Shown here piece after piece: positions 58,904-64,000 of a stretch of 64,000 nt of DNA. Position 1 is the first letter of the stretch, and each line of letters starts with the position of its first letter. The DNA is from Monocercomonoides exilis PA203 (lineage: Eukaryota > Protista > Preaxostyla). The notes under the pieces are model-generated. The model saw nothing but the letters and a program-made list of their open reading frames with translations. It had not been told where the DNA came from and made no database searches. The position numbers and the translations under genes are program-made. The stretch spans positions 806,001 through 870,000 of the forward strand of contig LSRY02000004.1 of the NCBI GenBank assembly GCA_001643675.2. The letters are read 5' to 3'.

Positions 58904-61277
58904 ATCCACTTTTTTCTCTTTTGATCAAAAAATAATCAGATCTTTGATTCTTCTGACGTTCCTTCTCTTGTGATGAAAATGTGTCGTTTTATCGCTGTGA
59001 TTTTATTTTAAAAGGCACTTATTTCAGGAATTTGAAAAAGAATGTCCACGACACCGATTAGTTATTTCACATCCAGTTAAAAACTTTGTGATTTTTTACT
59101 CAGAAGGAAATTCGAAAATAAGAAAAAAGAGTTGGTTTGGGGGGGAGAGGGGGTGGCTGTTTTCTTGATCCATTGTATTGCTGCAATTTATAAACTGGCT
59201 ACTCAAAGTCTGTGTGAGATTCGTTTTATTTCTGTAAAGAATGTTTTGCTTCATCAGCGCTGCTTGCTCTTAAAAGATATCTGGATTTTTGAATGCTCTT
59301 TTTTCTTCTTAAGCAAGATTTTCATGTTTTATCAGCGTTCAGAGAATGAAAATTTCAGAAGTGTTCCTGGAGCATTTTTTTTAATTCTGAATTATGTGGT
59401 GTTGCAAAGCGAAGAAAGAAAATACTCAAATTTTTTTCCATTTTGAATACTGCATGAAGAACTGCATGGGTATCGAGAACAAGAGTTCCGTTTTGTTTGA
59501 AAGATTGTTTTAATGAGACTTTTTTCATATTTTTCTGTTGAACAGTCCATAACTTGTTTTGCTGAAAATTGTGCTGCACAATTTCAAGTTTGAAACAGTT
59601 TCCTACATGAACAAGACACATGGTATCATTGCAATTTACGGTATTTGTTGAAAGAAAAGGCAGAGATCAGAAAAACGCATTTGACTGTTTGAATGGAAAC
59701 AAATTGAACATTGTTTGGAAAAACCAGAGACAAAAATGAATTGAAAAAGAATGGAATGGAAAAGGTGAAGCGCTGCAAACTTGATTGCGACAAATTGTGT
59801 GAAGTCACAAGCAATATGGAACTTTGGCTGAGGAGCGGGTATTTCGCTGCTGCAAAATGAAGATTTCAAACTGCTTGTTGGTTTAATTGCTTGAAATGTC
59901 ATTCTAATGAGTTTCGACATGTTTGCTTCATAATGTGCCTGTTGGCTTTATTATTTGAAGTATGAAGCGCTTTCATGGCTAGTTCAATTCAGTATAGAGA
60001 CTTTAGGGGGAAAAAAATCCAATAGATTCATGCTAATGTATTCAATTTGATCAAAGGTCATAGGCAGATGTTTTTTGATTATTTTTTATCTTGTGCGTTG
60101 GAAGTCATTGTACAGAAAAGAGAAGTGAATGTGCTTTGCGTAGCTCGCTTTTTTTTTATTCGCAATTGGCTGAAATGCCATCCGTTATTCGAAATAGATT
60201 TCAAATAGTGCACCGCCACTTTTAAATTATAATTATATGCATATATTTAATTTGTGCTACACGACGTAAATGATAGCCGAATTTCTTTTTCAACAAAAGT
60301 TATAAGCCAACATTGAAACAACTTCTGTTAAATATATATTTCCATTCCCTTATTCTTTGTTCGGTTTAAAAAATTTGAGTAAACACTCTCCACCAGAAAT
60401 TTATAATTCCTATCTGTATAACTGAAGTGGAATCATTCGAGCAAATTGATTTATGGAAAATTTCAAGAGTATGTTAACAGCATCAAAATTGCTTGAACAA
60501 ATCATTGGATCATGTTGAATGGAACAAACTGCAACAATGAAATGCAGGCTTTCAAGTGAACTTATGAGCCTTTATGATCTTTATGAGTAGAAAAGTGTTT
60601 CAAACAGTTGGCACCTGAAATTATTGAACAAGCTTCTGTCACAGAACATTTGCTTCTGGTTATAGTTTTTCACAAAATTTTTCAAATAGATCAACATGCG
60701 GTCCCTCTGAACAACACTTTATCTTTATCAATAATCTATATTTTTAACTTTGCGCGGCTTTCAATTCGTCAATATGAAAAATTTCCTATCAAATGGCTGA
60801 AATGGAAGCAAATTATCCATATCATGGATCTTAACGTAATGTCTCAAATGGTGGTTAATAGTGCATATTAGTTAAGTCAGTTTTCCCTTATTTCATTTCC
60901 ATTTGTAATTTTAATATTTTGATCATTTCTTTCCTTGAAAAAGTTCTTTTCATTGAATTCTCCTCTCTATAATGATAATAGATGCTTAATTGATGCAAAA
61001 ACCATTTTCTTTGTAACTGCTAATTCAGTTTTCTTTCTTGTTTGGAAGCATTCATCTTGTCCATCAACATTAATTCAAAACTTTGCTTTCTAAAGTGATG
61101 ATTGAAATTCTTTCAAATGCGTTTAAATAGAAGGCCGTAGTTATGCAAATCATTAGTAAAATCACTATAAAAGCGTTTTTAGCTTTTGCACATTGTTGTA
61201 CATCCATTTTGAAGCAATTATCATTTCTTAACCCATACCTTGAAAGTTATTTTTTATTTTTCGTTTTTCGATTTGTG

Positions 61278-62896
61278 ATGGCAGGTAATTTTTCATTAAT
61301 AATTATTTGTATAACATTTGAATGATTGTGCTTATTTTGTAATTTCCTTGCATAACTTTCCATTAGAAGAAAAAACATGCACTCAAAGAATAATTAAGAT
61401 ATCTTCAATTTTGATGTTGCTCGTGTTTTTAGCGGTGTTCATAATCGGCGTTATAGGTGCTGTAACTATGAAGTCATTTGGAAATATTTGCATTGGTGTT
61501 ATTATCTTTGGAATTGGAGGGATGGTTATTTGCTTACTTGGTTTTGTTGGCTCTGCTGCCCACCCCGAACAAAAAGGATTTATTCCATTGCTCTTTGGGA
61601 TCTATTATTGTGGAATACTATTCTTATGTGTTGTTTTTATGTTATATGGAATTGCTTGCTTTTGTGTGAAACCAACACTTTACTATTTAATGACCTTGAA
61701 AGTGAGTGAAATACGCGAATGGTTTACACATATTACCGAACACCAATTGCGTAACTTTCCGCAATACATTGAAAAAATCTCAAAATCTTTGGATGCAGTT
61801 GGAGTGATATGCTTATTAACTGGGATTATTCTCTTCTTTTTGGTTGTTGTCTCCACAGCACATTTTCGGAAAAGGATTTTTTCAACTGTTTGAAAATACT
61901 TAATCTCTTTTATGATATCTCATTTTATTATCTTGCTATTATTTAAAATATTATAATTATTTTATTTTATTTTATTTTATTTTTTTTTTTTTTGTTCCAC
62001 TTTTAATTTAGTTCTTTGTTGGAGGTTGGGCAGTTGTTCTTATGTTAGTGGGCGCAGTTCTGAGTATATTAATGCTGATGATACAACCTCATAAATTGCA
62101 GCTTGGCGGAGTTGAAGTTATGAGCGTGGGCATATTTTCTGTGGTCGTGGCAATTGGATGGGTGATGTTACTGGACGGAATTATTGGATCGCTTTCCGCA
62201 ATCTGCGGAAATAAGTCAAAGCCATTAAAGGGAATATTTTTTGCTTTCTCTTCCCTGCTTGTAATTGCATTCTTTGTATTTTTTATTCTGTCTCTGAGCT
62301 TGAAGAAGCCACAACTGAAGTTGATTGATGACACGTGCAATGTTAACATTGAACAAAACAAGGAGAGATACAAGCAATGTTTAGATGTGCTCGATCAACT
62401 GCGAAATAACACGTGCAGGAAATTAGAGGCGGACGAGGTCCAATTTGAAGCTTGCAAATCAAAAATAAAAATGAAAGACACAACAAATAAGCACAAAGAA
62501 ATGGTCAGCGGATGGATTTCTTTGTTGGGTTTGCTTTTATTTTTCTATTAAAAAAAATTTTTTTAAACCTATTTTTATTGGCATTTGCATATGAATTCCT
62601 ATAAAATATATTTTTACACATTCAACTCAACGAAACCATCAAACTTGGGATGAATAGCTTGGATTTCAGTATTCTGCATCATATTCATCATCATTGTTGA
62701 CATATTTGCTGGATTCAATCTTTTTAGAAAGGTTTGAGAAAATAAATCGAAATCTTCCTTATTAAAATTCATTTATTTGATGTCAATGATAATTTGTTGA
62801 AAACTGCTTAAGTCACCTGAAGTCAAAGGATATCGCAAAGGAGTCACAAACAAAGGATTGCCCGAATATCAGCCTCAGAAAGACATTTCATACTGA
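61278..62896 (+). CDS. Multi-pass membrane protein with two tandem tetraspanin-like 4-TM units, 5 exons
   Basis: Exons 61278-61284, 61367-61887, 62012-62528, 62658-62731 and 62813-62896 splice in frame with GT-AG introns. Each half has 3 close TM helices, a large loop and a 4th TM. GMVICLLGFVGS resembles tetraspanin TM2. Confidence 0.65.
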
Positions 62897-64000
62897 GTTG
62901 CATAAGTCGTCACATCATTCATAACCATATGTTACTGCTCATGATGCATAACTTGATTTCTTCGTCGTTTCTTTGAATGAAGAGAAGTTATCTTTTTCAT
63001 TATTTTGCACATAAATTCAGGGAAATTGATTAAGTTTATTTTTGTGTGCGCATACTCAACTTCTTAAATAATTATATTCTGCTTCCTAAATCTTCGTTTT
63101 TTATTCTCATTTTGTCTTATTTATGATATCGTCTTTATTCTTCTTTTGCACTTTTAATTCCTTGGTGTAATTACAATTTTCTAATTACTTCTATGTCTTT
63201 TAACCTTTTGTCTATAAAAATTTCAGAATCATTTAGAGTGTAAATGTTATTAATCAGTATTAATTTTCGTATTTTGATACTCTGTTTGGTTGTTAGGGAG
63301 ATATTTTTTGGGTGTTATGTTTATGTCACCCATTTATTTTTAACGAAAAGTATTGAAATTTTATTTTTGTTTTTTTTTATTTTATTTTTTCGAATAAAGT
63401 TAAAATAAAAGTTATTTCGATTTTTAAAAACACTTTAAAGGAATAAGAAAAGCATTTTTCTTTTTTGAAAGATAGAATTGCATTTGAGAAGAATTGTGAA
63501 ATCCAAGAAATCATCGTGATTTTGAGAATTCTCTTTCATCAAATGTGCAATTCAGCTTGTGAACTCAATTGTCACACTTATTTAACAATAATTCAAAAAT
63601 ATGAAACAGTAATCAATATTTAAGAATCGCTAATATTCGTAATAATACGTATTAAAAGGAATAAGTTATTTATTACCATTTTGTTTGAGTGTGCATAAAG
63701 ATATTGATATTCTTTGGTTCTGCGTGTGAATAATTTTCAATATATTTATCAACAAAGCCTTTCGTTTTTTCAAAAGTATTCTCTGAGTTTCAAACACATG
63801 TCGTATTGATGATTTCATAACGACTTTTTTTCATTCTTAAAATTTTTCAAAAAAGTGATATTTTCAATAAAGCATTCACTTTCAAAATGAAGCTAACAAA
63901 CAAAAAATAGCAAACATAGACAAAACATCATAAAAAAAAAAGACTCAGACATTGTAATTCAAAAAGATTTGTTTCATATTTCTATTTTTCTCCTTGTCTT

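Noticed and set aside
59100-60900. Possible gene upstream of the 4054-aa ORF, including an LAPEII kinase-like word at ~60608
   Set aside because: All frames I examined are interrupted, and I found no consistent splice model or other kinase motifs.

Overview
Eukaryotic protist DNA: AT-rich intergenic sequence, short GT-AG introns and the standard genetic code. Gene content and style suggest an oxymonad such as Monocercomonoides, but this is an inference and no search was run. The window holds three members of a family of giant, intronless, Cys-rich single-pass membrane proteins (1-3372 +, 31324-39261 +, 46745-58903 -). Other genes: an ARF-family GTPase present as a 1.6-kb tail-to-tail inverted duplication, a CIPK-type kinase (7 introns), an Hsp110, a 2393-aa acidic repeat protein and an 8-TM double tetraspanin-like gene. 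Intergenic DNA carries several hairpin/MITE-like elements and dispersed repeats. The most striking structure is a 3.1-kb near-perfect inverted repeat (37576-40686 / 45321-48430). It gives two receptors with different ectodomains (4 vs 8 modules) an identical 561-aa TM plus C-lobe-only pseudokinase tail, with the join at a family-conserved FFIP motif. The spacer carries a decayed hAT transposase and hAT-like termini. One receptor also has its N-terminal variable beta-helix bracketed by two strongly C-rich tracts, one with a G4 motif. Together these suggest a candidate modular receptor-shuffling system. All alignments were done by eye, and assembly artefact is not excluded.
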